Below are positions 37,821 through 49,125 of a DNA stretch of 64,000 bases, piece after piece. Numbering within the stretch: position 1 is the first letter of the stretch; every line of letters begins with the position of its first letter. The DNA lies in the NCBI RefSeq assembly GCF_000143415.4, contig NW_003314276.1:2293072-2357071 (forward strand), in the 5' to 3' direction. The notes under the pieces are model-generated. The model searched no databases. It had not been told where the DNA came from and was given only the letters and a program-made list of their open reading frames with translations. The translations under genes were made by a program, and so were the position numbers. The DNA comes from Selaginella moellendorffii. Its lineage: Eukaryota > Plantae > Lycopodiophyta.

Positions 37821-40800
37821 AGAAAAACTCAAACCTCACTCGCTAATTACTAAGAATCTAACAATGACCGAGCAGTCATTAGATTCTTTGGCAAGGCTAA
37901 AGCAGACATGCCTCAGGTGATTTGTTTGTATTTCCTGATTGAGATACTGAGACGATATTACAGTGGATCACTTTGAGCAAGGAAGATTTTATTTCCTACA
38001 TACGGAATTCTGCACAGTCGAGCAGGAAAAGGAAGTTCAAAGTACATACAGCTCCAAGAGCTGTATACGATAGGAGGTGGAGAGGAGGATTGTGGTAAAC
38101 GAAGCAATGCCACACTGCATAGATGAGAAGACGATCGGTGACTGTATAGTAAACGAAGGGATGCCACACGATATAGCTTGAAGCATACAAGAGGAATGAA
38201 CGCTGAGGGTGCAATGGATGAGTCGAATTTGGAGAAAGACATTTAGCATGCCAAACTCTCATATGTCATTGTCTATGAATGAATCCAGTCAAAATTAACA
38301 TGGACCATGCCACAGAGAGTATATGCCACTTCGGTATACAAGTATCCTTAAAAACATACATCATTTGGTATAAAATTAACAATCACTTGGTCATCAATTA
38401 GACAATCAAACCATCAAGATACACAATCATATTTTGGATTTCTCTTGACCTAAGAATGGGGGAAGCGTAGCCAGTTCAGCAATAGATTCTGATGCTCTAC
38501 CCACATACTTCTTCAAGCTTCTCATCAGCAGATTTGAGTGTCGACTGTAAAGCAACTGTGAAGAAGGGTGTTCAGCTGCAGAAACTGGATCACTCTGCCT
38601 CGCAAACCCGGTGAGATGAAGCAGTGAGACACTGTCATTGGGTTCACGCCGAAGGCTTGGCAATCGTCCTTACAAATGGCACAGGACATAATATAGCATT
38701 CATGGCTTTGTTTGTGCATAACATTTGTGGATTTTGCTTTTACATCTGGAGTGGATTTCTAACCCTTTGGCTCTATTGTGCAATCTAGATTTGGACTTGC
38801 TCACAAATCCTAGGAAGTATCATGTTTGTATGTGCAATTGAGTTTTTTAGTTTGGAAGTATGTGTCATGAATTGCAGAACTTTTTCTATGTTTATGGTGT
38901 TGGATAACTGATTAAGTTAGTTGCGTGCTGAGAAATAATCTTGTTTAAACCATATAGCTTGGTCTATAACTACATGTTCTTTGTTGTAGGTTATTTATTC
39001 TTGCAATGAACGTCTCCGCAATAGTTGCTGTACTAGAGTTTGTCTACTCAAGTCCCGTCCTCAAAGCAACTAGATCCTTGAGGCCTATTTATGCTTGATA
39101 TTTCTGTTACGCATTTCTAACTTCCAGAATTTATTTTCTAACACAATTTTGTTTTTTCTTCCATAAGATAACAGAAGGCCACAACTGAACTGCTAATCCG
39201 GCCACCAGCCTCTCATTCTCACAGTCCTCGACAACGCACTCTTCAAAGAGATCTGGCCCGAGCAGCAGGACAAAGCTCTGGACGATCTAAACACCTGTGT
39301 GTCCCAGTCCACTACAACAACAGAGAAGGCAGTGAGTATGCTGAGCATTGACTCCACCTCAACAAAGTTCACTTGGGAGAGGGGTGACCATAAGCTTCTC
39401 AAGTTGCTACCTATCCCAGAGCAGCTTTCTAAGCTCGCTATTTGCCGGGCAAAAGGGGATCAAATCTTTTTCATTTCCATGTTTCATTTTAGCATGTACA
39501 GTCCACTTCCAGCAAACTTTTGATTGAGAAAGCTCTACAGCGACCTCGACTTGCTGCTGCTGGCCATGATCAAGGAGTGCCAAGATCTAGCGAGAAACAA
39601 TAGAGGCCAGACCCATGACTTACTGGGGCTGGAAACTCTTCTTTCGACAATTGGCCCGTGATGGAGGAGTGCAAGACCACCTACGTTGCTGGCCACAAGA
39701 TGATGGCAACTCCCCTCACCTGGTCCGTGATGGTTTTGCATATTGCTTTCAAGTTCAAGATTTGTTTTTCCTGGCTAGATCAACATAATTCTGGCTTTGG
39801 AGCTGTTTGAGAGGATGAGCTATGGACAATATAGCTAGAACAATAGGGTTCTATGTCAAGAAGCATATGATTAAACAGACTCCTGGCATACATGATAAAA
39901 TGCTATCAATGTATGGAAAGTGTAAAGACAGACCTCGCCCACCAGCTCTGAATATCTTGAACCAATCGTGATTGTGCCACTGCATCCTTGATTAAAACAA
40001 AGTCTTCAAATTAGAAAGGTGAATGTGTGCCACTTACTTGACAGTAGCAGCCAGCTCCAGGGAAGGAAATGGGCACTTGTCAAGCTCGTAACCACACAAG
40101 GAACCGACTCTTAGACTGCCAAAATCCCCAAATCTTCTGTTAGCGAGCTGAGAACTGGAGGATTCGGGCTGGAGAAGTCGGCCTTACATCCTCCACCGCT
40201 GCTACACAACTGCCGTAGCTCAACGACAAACCCCGATATATATATAATTCATGTTTTGTGCACGGTGAGACTATTTACTCCCGCATGCTAGGTGAGACTA
40301 TGCTGTGCCAACTAGAAGACGAGGCTGTCGTCGGCACCGAGCTCTGTGTCGCCCCTCCGAGCCACCTCGAGGATTCCGTCCGGAGGGCGCCATATGCCAT
40401 TTTGAGCATACGAGTTTGGTCAAAATGTTACTCCAAATGTGACTATTGAGACGCAAGAATTTTTGGGAGAGATTATATTTCTACTTACAAACGAATTTGA
40501 TTAGAGATATACAGCAAAGTGATTGATTTTTACAAGAGGAACAGATACAACAGGAGTGAGAACCATCACATTAGAAGAGATGCAACACTCAAAGTCAATT
40601 GCGGAACTTATTCTAGAATTCTTCTCCGAGGCCTCATTTTCGATGCAAGTAGATGCCATCGTAGAATTCTTCATACCTATTTTCAACCTCTGAAAAACAT
40701 GGCTCTTGCAAGTCTAACATTATATACTCTGGTGGTAAACAAGGTCTCTCCATAGCAGACCTTGTTCTATAGTCAGAAGATAAATTTTAACAAACAGGAT

Positions 40801-40970
40801 GGATTGATAACTGATCTACATGAAACAAAGTGTTGTCTCTCATAGTATGTCTATGAGCAAGCTTATATTTTAATGCAAGTAGCTGGCATAGTAGAATTCT
40901 TAATTTTGAGGTAGATTATTTTTTCAAGCTCCCTTAGTGTGTGTGACTGCTTAGTTTGTGTGTGTGACTG

Positions 40971-41372
40971 CTTACCTAATTAAACAACTCAAAAGTTTGT
41001 GTGTAATTCTGTCACAGATTGACAGTTCATTTTGTCTTGGGTCACCAAGTAGATTATTATAAAAGGAGAAGATAAAGAAGTTGAGTATGATTACACCATC
41101 AAATTAGAAGAGATACAACAATTGTATAACTTTTCTTCTCCAAAGAGTGTAAGTTTATCATCTTGCTCCCTCATTATTTCTTTCTTTATGCAAGATGATT
41201 AACTTATATTCTTCATGTTGCCGGAGAAGATAAGTTCCACAATTGCTGCATCTCTTCTAATTTAATGTTGTAATCATTCTCATATTGTACAAAATTAACT
41301 GTCAATCTGTGACAGAGTTACTGTGTCCAAAGTATCCAAGCACACAAACTTCAGAGTTGTTTAATCATGGTA
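40971..41372. repeat. ~400-bp imperfect fold-back inverted repeat
   Basis: Paired arms: ttaaacaactc/gagttgtttaa, ctgtcacagattgacagtt/aactgtcaatctgtgacag, aaattagaagagat/atctcttctaattt. Confidence 0.85.
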
Positions 41373-42010
41373 GCGCAGCGAGGCTCTAACCTCAGCGAAC
41401 AGATGAACATCACAGTGCGAAGCTCGGATCACTGCAGAAGCTCCTCCTCGCCAGATCTCCATCGTGGGAAAAGACTCCTCGTAAGCAATCACACTAAGGC
41501 CAGTACTAAACACTAGTGGTGTCTCCCCGAGCTCACATTCGATTTGTCATACATTCCAGTGGCACTGAAAGCCATGGTGCATATCTTTTAATGGGAGTGT
41601 ACGTCAAAGGCCCCGATGGTGAAATGAGAGTGCTGAAAAACATATCAGAGCCAGGAAAAAAATATGCCGTGGTCGTTTCCAGTATAAGAGTCTTGCACCT
41701 GTGAGAGTGAGAGAGATCTGTAGCTCGCTCGAAGAACAAAATTGAGAGAGAACGAAAGAGAGTGAGAGATGGTCTTCTTCTTCACTTTCTTTCCTGCGGC
41801 TTTCCTGATTTTCTTTGCTTTGATCCTTCGCTCTAGCTAGAACTTTAGCGTGGTGTGCGCAAGCTCTCGGGTTTCCAGTATAGGAAGGAAAAAAGTTCTC
41901 TTATGCAGTGGGCTTTAGTTCCTTCTCTTTTCGACTTGTGGTTCGTGGCCCCGTTTCCAGTACATGAAATCTCTTATAAGTTCCTTGGTTTCTCTGGTTT
42001 TCTTTCGTCT

Positions 42011-44070
42011 TGTATTGGTCGATCATGCCTCGCATCAATAATTCTGTTAGATCGTCCAGGGTAGCACCTGCACCTGCACCTGCCTCTGGCATTGCGGCGC
42101 CGCCGTACCCAATCGCCGCCGCCCGTCGGCCAATATCCATCGCATCGAGAGTTGCTCGCTACGGAGATACTTACGAAGGGATTCCGGATTGATCCGGATT
42201 CTAGTGACGCGCCCACGGCCCCGAATCAAGAAGAACATGCGGCGTGGGCGTTCGGCGCGCAAGGGCAAACCTTCAGCTTCTCCAAGGCCGGAACCAGCTC
42301 GCCACCAAGCTCTGGTCTTTCCAGCAGATTCCGCACCCACCATACAGTGCTAGCCGATCATGATTCAGCAGCTCCTCTTGATGATGATGATGACCCCGCG
42401 GCCTCATTGACATCGCCCCCGGTACCTTCAGCAGCGTCCCAGGCGCCAAGCTAGCGATGGCAAGATGAGGAACCAACGAGCTCGAGTTCTTCAAGCGATG
42501 GTGAGCCGGGTGGTGATCATCCAATGACCGAGGAGAAGGCCACCACTCGGACTAAGACCAAGCGACCTCCAAGTGGCAGATCGAGCTCTAAGATCATCAA
42601 AAGTTCGAAGATGGCTCGAAAGGTTTTATCATCCAAGCAGGAAGAAAAGAGCAGGAAGAGGAAGCCGCCGACGTGCGCACGGAGATACACTAAAAAGACG
42701 TCCCGTTTGGAGTCTCGTTCTACAAGCGAATCCAGCGGTGGGAGATTCACCTTTGGTGAGTATGTTCTTCAAAAGAAGATTTTAGATTTGTCACACTGAT
42801 TTTCTCGTTTTCTTGGTGATCAGGGGAAACAAGCAAATGTATGTTGGTTCATGCAGCACTGAGGAAGCCGGAGCCAGGTTAATTTGTTTATCTTCTTCTT
42901 TTTCTATCTTTATTAATGACAGTGACCGAGCTTACACCAAGTTCCGTGGCCAAAACTGCCCAAACTTCCCCTACTCGGACTACGTGGACGAGATCCCCCA
43001 CGTACGATCATATTAACATTTCCATCAAAGTGATCTAACACTTGGGGTTTTTCTGCAGTGGATCAATCTGTCTGACAAAGAATCATCTACATGCTACGTA
43101 ACATGAATCGCGGTGAGTCGTTGCTCTGATTTACACCCGAACTTCTTGGAGGTGACGCTGGCTCTCCATGCACGACGGAGACTCTGCCTCGAGCATCAAT
43201 CTATCGCTGAGTCTACCGTCTCAAAAAGTCAGAAAGTCAAGAAGTCTCTTGGGCGCCTTCCATAACGTAAGTAACCCTTATCCCTCTAAATTTGACCATG
43301 TAGCTACCTGGATGTGAGACACAACGTTGCCTGGATTTCACTTTCCAAAGCCAACACCCAAGCTTTCGATTCTAACACTTTGTTTTTCATATTTGGTGTA
43401 GGCTGGACTCTCGTACGTTTCAACTGGATGAGTCTTTCATTATATGTTCCAAGAGCTGAACTTTGATATTTCGTTTTTGTTTGTTTGTTTTGTTTTGCAT
43501 TTCCAGGGTCATGTAAGACACAAGAGGAGGCAGCAAGGTTCAAGAAAAACTCAAACCTCACTCGCTAATTATTAAGAATCTAAAACACAGGAGTTATGAC
43601 TGAGCAGTCATTAGATTCTTTGGGAAGGCTAAAGCACTCAGCTTCGCATATGAAGACTACATGGATGAGATGCCTTAGGTGATTTTTTTTTTGCATGTCC
43701 TGATTGAGAAACTAAAACGATATTACAGTGGATCACTTTGAGCAAGGAAGATTTTATTTCCTACATACTACACACTTGAGCAAGAAAAGGAAGGTAAAGG
43801 TACATACAGCTCAAAGAGCTGTATACCATAGGAAGGTGAAAAAGAGGAGGATGAATGATTGTGTGGTAAACGAAGCAATGCCACACTACATAGATGAGAA
43901 GAGGATCGGTGATTCTGTGGTGAATGAAGGTTGGGCTTAAGGAAGTACCAAGCATATTAGAGGAATGAACGCTGTGGGTGCAGTGGAGGAGTTTAATTTG
44001 GAGAAAGACACTTTGGAAAGACACATAGACTGCCAAACTCTCATATGTCATTGTCCATGAATAAATCCTA
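42011..44070 (+). repeat. Segmental duplicate, copy 2, with AP2 pseudogene (~42550-43540) and no KRP insert
   Basis: GNKQMYVGSCSTEEAGAR, DRAYTKFRGQNCPNFPYSDY and RASIYR*VYRLKK. Confidence 0.88.
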
Positions 44071-44169
44071 GCATGAGAACTCTACAAGAAGCAGCTATGT
44101 CACAAAGAGAGGGATGCTTGACGCCCAAGAATACATCCGCGTAGACTTCAACACTTGCAGCATTTTGCA

Positions 44170-44795
44170 GCGATGATGTTAAACCATTGAACTTGTGGCT
44201 TGGAAATCTGCGTAGTGCTCAACGTGTCTCTCGAGATGTGCTTGATGAGGCAGTTCCTGGGTAGGGCGAGCACGTTCCTGCCCAGAACGGGCGAGCCGGG
44301 CGTTAGCCCGGCGAGCGCGTTCTGGAGGGAACGAGCGAGGCCGTGCCCGGGAACGGCCTTAACGGGCTGTGGCGAGACCGTTAATGGACACGTGTAATAA
44401 CGTTATTGGAGGATGAGAGGGTTCTCCAGAACCTCGCGGCTAGCAGCTGAGTTCTGGAGAACCTGGCAGTTGTCAGCCACATTCTCCAGAACCTGATAAA
44501 ATTCTCGTAGAGAACCTGACTCGATCCAACGGCTGCCAACGGCTGGATCAAGTTAACGGGTGAGCCACAGCCCGTTAAGATATGATCTAACTCTCTCCGT
44601 TTTCTTTCTACCAGGTGTATACGCTGCTTCTTCCACGTTAGCATGTTAACTATCCTCTTCTCATGCAAAGATTTCAAACTAAATTTACGACTTTTTCCAG
44701 AGTTCTTCAGGTAAAGGTGTTCCCATTTTCCTGGACCAGCTTTTTGATGGCTACAGGAAATGGTGTTTGCAAGTGGTTCTACAGCCCGAGCCAAG
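44170..44795 (+). pseudogene. Partial DUF1997 duplicate (3' exons) interrupted by fold-back elements
   Basis: Homologous to ~31080-31435, with deletions. Confidence 0.8.
44249..44579. mobile_element. Two abutting MITE-like fold-back elements (44249-44358 and 44358-44579)
   Basis: The first is a GC-rich near-palindrome with GGC...GCC ends. The second has a perfect 16-bp TIR cttaacgggctgtggc/gccacagcccgttaag. Both are absent from the parental intron at ~31160. Confidence 0.75.
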
Positions 44796-44899
44796 CAGAA
44801 AGAATCGTCTAATGAGAGTTCCAGAAAAAAACGGCTTGGCTGCCATAAGAGAGCCTTGTACAGGAGGAATTCCTTTTTGACGAACCGATCTTTGTATCT

Positions 44900-46050
44900 G
44901 TGCTTACACTTTCAGTTCAGACGCTGGCTACTCTGAATTTCAGATTTGTCCCAAAACCAGCAGTATGGGCGTATGGAAGTCTGGTCGTTTTCGAAGCCAG
45001 CGACAAGATCACGGAGCTCGCGTTTCCTCCCTTCCAATCGAATCACACCCTGGGGGTCTTCACCATATCGCTCAGTCGCACTTTCTATGACATGAATAAA
45101 TCCCAAGTTTGCGACTTTGGTCTCCATGAATCCCAGACTTCGATCTTGTGTTCTTCCGTCGCACCAGAACTAATGCTGCAATCGCTGGGAGTTAGCTCTA
45201 GAATGCGATCAGCGGCTCGTTTTCCAACGTGCAGATTGTTGGATTCGAGCACACCGTCCTCTACAACGCCAATTCCGGCATACATCCTCGGCCTCCTCAA
45301 GTGGCTGAGCATATCTGAGATCACTACATTTTGCTCGAAAGTTGGCCGCTTGCCAACGTGGTGCTAGACTACAGGCGTCGAGGATTGTAAGAAAAATGGC
45401 TATATCAACCAGCAAGAGGTCTAGCTCCTCCTTGTGATGTCCATTTTGGCGATCTTCCGAAGACCCTACCGCATATTCTGATTCTATAGAATATCCAGAT
45501 CGTGATGGGATGGATACCAAGGGCTTCTATGCCATCGTGTGGTGGAGCCACAATACAAGCTTTCAACCATCTTTACGTGTAACAGTTGCAGCGAAATTCT
45601 ACAACTGCGTATGGGATGGAATTCTACACTCCCACATCACTTATTTACATCAAACCATGAACTAAGAGAACTTGTGTTCCTGTCTCTGATTGAGCGCTCT
45701 CGTCCCTTCTCTAGTGATGTGGCTTTCGGTTTTGACCCAAGTTCAACAGTGACTATATTCGATCGGAGGTTTGTATAGATGTTTGTACACATGCAAATTG
45801 GTAGATGTATCCGTTAACTCCGTTCAACCAAGCACAATAATTCCCAGGCAGATGGTGGATTCTGATTGTGCTGCGCATTTTTTGGGCGTGGTCACATGCT
45901 CAAGGCCCAGATTTCTGATGGCATATGACCATTTGTTGGGGGGCGGGGGAGGGTCTCGCTTGCTGACCAGGAGACAAGTCAGCGTGGAGAGTTATATGTA
46001 TGGACACGAATCCAGCGGCCCTGAAAGCCATGGTGCGTACGTTTAAGTGG
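44900..46050 (+). pseudogene. Decayed coding-like region of the unidentified QPSTI family
   Basis: Broken ORFs. SVQPSTIIPRQM at ~45815 matches the motifs at 34-35 kb. Confidence 0.4.
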
Positions 46051-46749
46051 GCAGCTGCATGGCTTCATATCGAAGGCGGTCGTCATGGGCAGCCCTGATA
46101 CGCTACACTAGAGAAATCAGCTGATTCAATATGTATAAATCGGTAGTAAAAGTCAGTTGAAATCAGCAATGAAATGCAAGTTAATGTGCTACTCTAGGGT
46201 TTTCCCACAGACGGCCACTTGACCAGACCAGGTGTGCTAGGTGCCATGATTGGTGAGGAGAGGCAGCAAATCCAGGTATGGAGCTCTCTGGAATCTCCCA
46301 AAATCCTGTTATTCCTTGTTATGGAGACAAGTGATGGCAAGTCTCCATGGCAGCAAACCAGCCAAGTCATCCATCAACCGCCAAAGCAATGGATTTTCTA
46401 CACATAAAATTTAGATATCTACATGGTATCATGTTTGTTTCAATTTAGTAAACACAGCAACATGACGAGCAAGAATGTGCTAGTGCTCTCACAGCAGAGG
46501 GCGGAGCAGCTAATCCAAAAATGTATGTGAGCACAGCATGAACCCAATCCTTGCCCTTGCCAATCTGTGTGCATGGCGCGTGGGCATCCCTTCCAAAGAT
46601 TCCCACTGCCTCCTCCCCCTTCTCTTACTCTTTAGCGGTTTTCTTTAGTATTAATGGCTTCTAGCACTCCACTCCACCTCACACTACACCTGCTTGAGCC
46701 ACCCCAGTGAGCACGGCAGTCACTTTGGCTGGCAGCTAGGACACAAGAT

Positions 46750-47940
46750 GGGAGAAGAAGTTCACAGCAAGAACTTCATGACATGGAACACTAAAGTCCA
46801 ATTCATTTTGATGGCTAAAGATTGCTAGGACTTAGTCAAGGGAATTGAAGAAGACTTCCTGGCACTAATGCCACTTTGTAGCTTATCTGGACTCCAAAAA
46901 CTTCAAAGCTGGTGACTGGACTAGGCTTTGGAGATGAATTCAAATGCCAAACTAGTTCTCACCCAAACTGGTTGCAACATATGTTTGCAATAGCTCAAGG
47001 AAGTGGGGGGCACAACAGTCTTACATGATTATGCAAAAGCTTTCTTTCTCTACTCTGTCTCCTTAGAGTTGTAACAATCATCTTCCATACTCTCATTCGT
47101 CCCATGCAAAACCATAAAGGAGCTCTACTCTAATATGCTCAAGGAAGAGCACTGAGTATAAAGCTAGCAATTCCCTTTAGGCTGCTCATAAGTAACCCTT
47201 GTTTCTTGGCAAAAAACTATCGAGTGGGGAGCAGAAGAAAGGAGGCAGGGCCTCATGGCTTTCTTATAGTTTTTTCTCCAAGAAGAAAAAAGGTCCTTAT
47301 TGTGTAAAGATGAGATATATAAAGCATGAATGTATGCAAAGAAGGCTACACCCAACACTTGCGTACACAGAGCAATTTATTGTTGATGATGGCTTTTCCC
47401 CCATCACTGGTGTTTGTTCTAGAGGTGTCATAACTAGATCACACGACTCCCTTGAGGTTTGTATTTCACATTTATAAACCTCTCCACATTCCACAATAGG
47501 TTTATGTTGGTGACAACATGGCATGGTGGTGGTTAGACTTTCAGATGGACCTCTTAAAGAAGTTCATCATGTTCACTTTGTTCCTAAAGCTAGATAAACT
47601 ATTCTTTCCATAGGTGCAGCATAGCATCAAGGCTTTACCACCACTTTCTTTGCAAAAGGGTGCACATCTTAAACTCTTTATTGTTTAAATAAGCATAAAA
47701 AACCATCAAGTTGTGGCATGCTTGTATGGGGCATGTCAATGAACAAGAGTTGCACACTTACTTTGTCAAGAATTATGGAGGATCAAGTTACAAGTTTGCT
47801 AGATCTGGTTCACAAAAACATGTGTTACCTACTTGTGGAAACATACATACTTTGTGTCTTTTATCAATGACCATTCCAAGTATGCTGTGGTGAGTCTCTC
47901 CACACAAAGAGTGAAGTTTTTGACCACTTTAAGCTTTCCA
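46750..47940 (+). mobile_element. Ty1/copia fragment (gag, pre-integrase, integrase)
   Basis: KNFMTWNTKVQFIL, LWHACMGHVN and YFVSFINDHSKY motifs. Confidence 0.75.
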
Positions 47941-48224
47941 AGTCTATTTTGTAAGTGTTATTTACAACCTTTTAACATCTGTATTGGTTTCTGGACCATT
48001 GAGAGGCAATGTCCTCTTTGATCCATGAACTCCATCCTTCTGTCACCTCATTGTTTAGCAGTTTCACATGACATTTGACTTTTTAACGTTGAGAAAGTCA
48101 GCGAGTCATCCGGAACTGACCGTGTTTATCCTTATAAGACGCGGTCAATCCCGCACTCAGCACATCAAAGTTCACACAAAAGCTTCTGCAAGTTTCTCTA
48201 GGCAAGTCTAAAAAAGTTCTAAAG

Positions 48225-48539
48225 ATGGCGAGGAACAAGATGCTGCTGGCGATGTTTGTGGTGCTCCTGGTGGGAGTTGACATTGGAGGAATTGCAAGCG
48301 CGAGCGCCCAGGGGCGATGCAAGCCAGGGTGGCACTGGGATGGGAAGACGTGCGTCTCTTGCCCACCCCGCTGGTACTGGTACAACAATTCTTGCCAGCG
48401 ATATCGATGCCCGCACAATTGGTACTGATACTTGGGTTCTTGCCACCGCTGCCCGACCAACTGGTATTGGTATGGGAACTCTTGCCACCACTGCCAGATG
48501 GGCTGGCGCTGGATTGGAAGTTTCTGCAAGAAGAATTGA
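48225..48539 (+). pseudogene. Secreted Cys/Trp repeat peptide paralogue B (5 units, in-frame TGA at 48426-48428)
   Basis: Signal peptide nearly identical to copy A. After the TGG>TGA stop the frame continues YLGSCHRCPTNWYWYGNSCHHCQMGWRWIGSFCKKN*. Confidence 0.88.
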
Positions 48540-49125
48540 AGTTGCCCATCAAGATCCAAGCTTATATAAGACTAGCACTTGCCCAGCATATGCTGCCCAA
48601 TTAGCAAAATACTTTTTTTTATATTAAAAAATAAATTGGAATAGTATAAAAAAAACAAATTGTGTTCCACTTTGAAAGAAGAATTTGATAATATAAATAT
48701 TTAGAACAAAATATATTCCTAGGCATAAGTAAGAAGAAATATCCATTAATAAAAATAATAGATAAAAATTATTATTTGGAAATATAAATATATTTATAAA
48801 AATACCCAACCCAGAAAAAGTAAAAATAAAATTTCTATTATTATAATATGTTATATGTAAATTATATTTTTAGTTGGGATAAACTTAAATTAAAATTTTA
48901 TCAAATAGAAGAGAATAATTACTAAGAATAATTATTACTCATTTTTATTAGCAAGACATTACTTAATTATAGTTTTTACTTAGAATATAAAACAATAAGT
49001 TTACATTAATATATTACTACCCAGATCTTGTCATGAAAATAATTACTAAAAAATACTTTGTAAATATATATGCTATAGAAACTGTAATTCCATAGTATTA
49101 TGTACTATTATTAGGTTTTGAATTT

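Larger units (their letters stand above)
35559..38290 (+). repeat. Segmental duplicate, copy 1 (homologous to 42011-44070)
   Basis: Collinear from tcgatcatgcctcgc to gccaaactctcatatgtcattg. Confidence 0.9.

Noticed and set aside
44420-44520. Heat-shock-element cluster
   Set aside because: The spacing is TTC-n4-GAA rather than canonical alternating nGAAn. Internal MITE palindromes explain it better.
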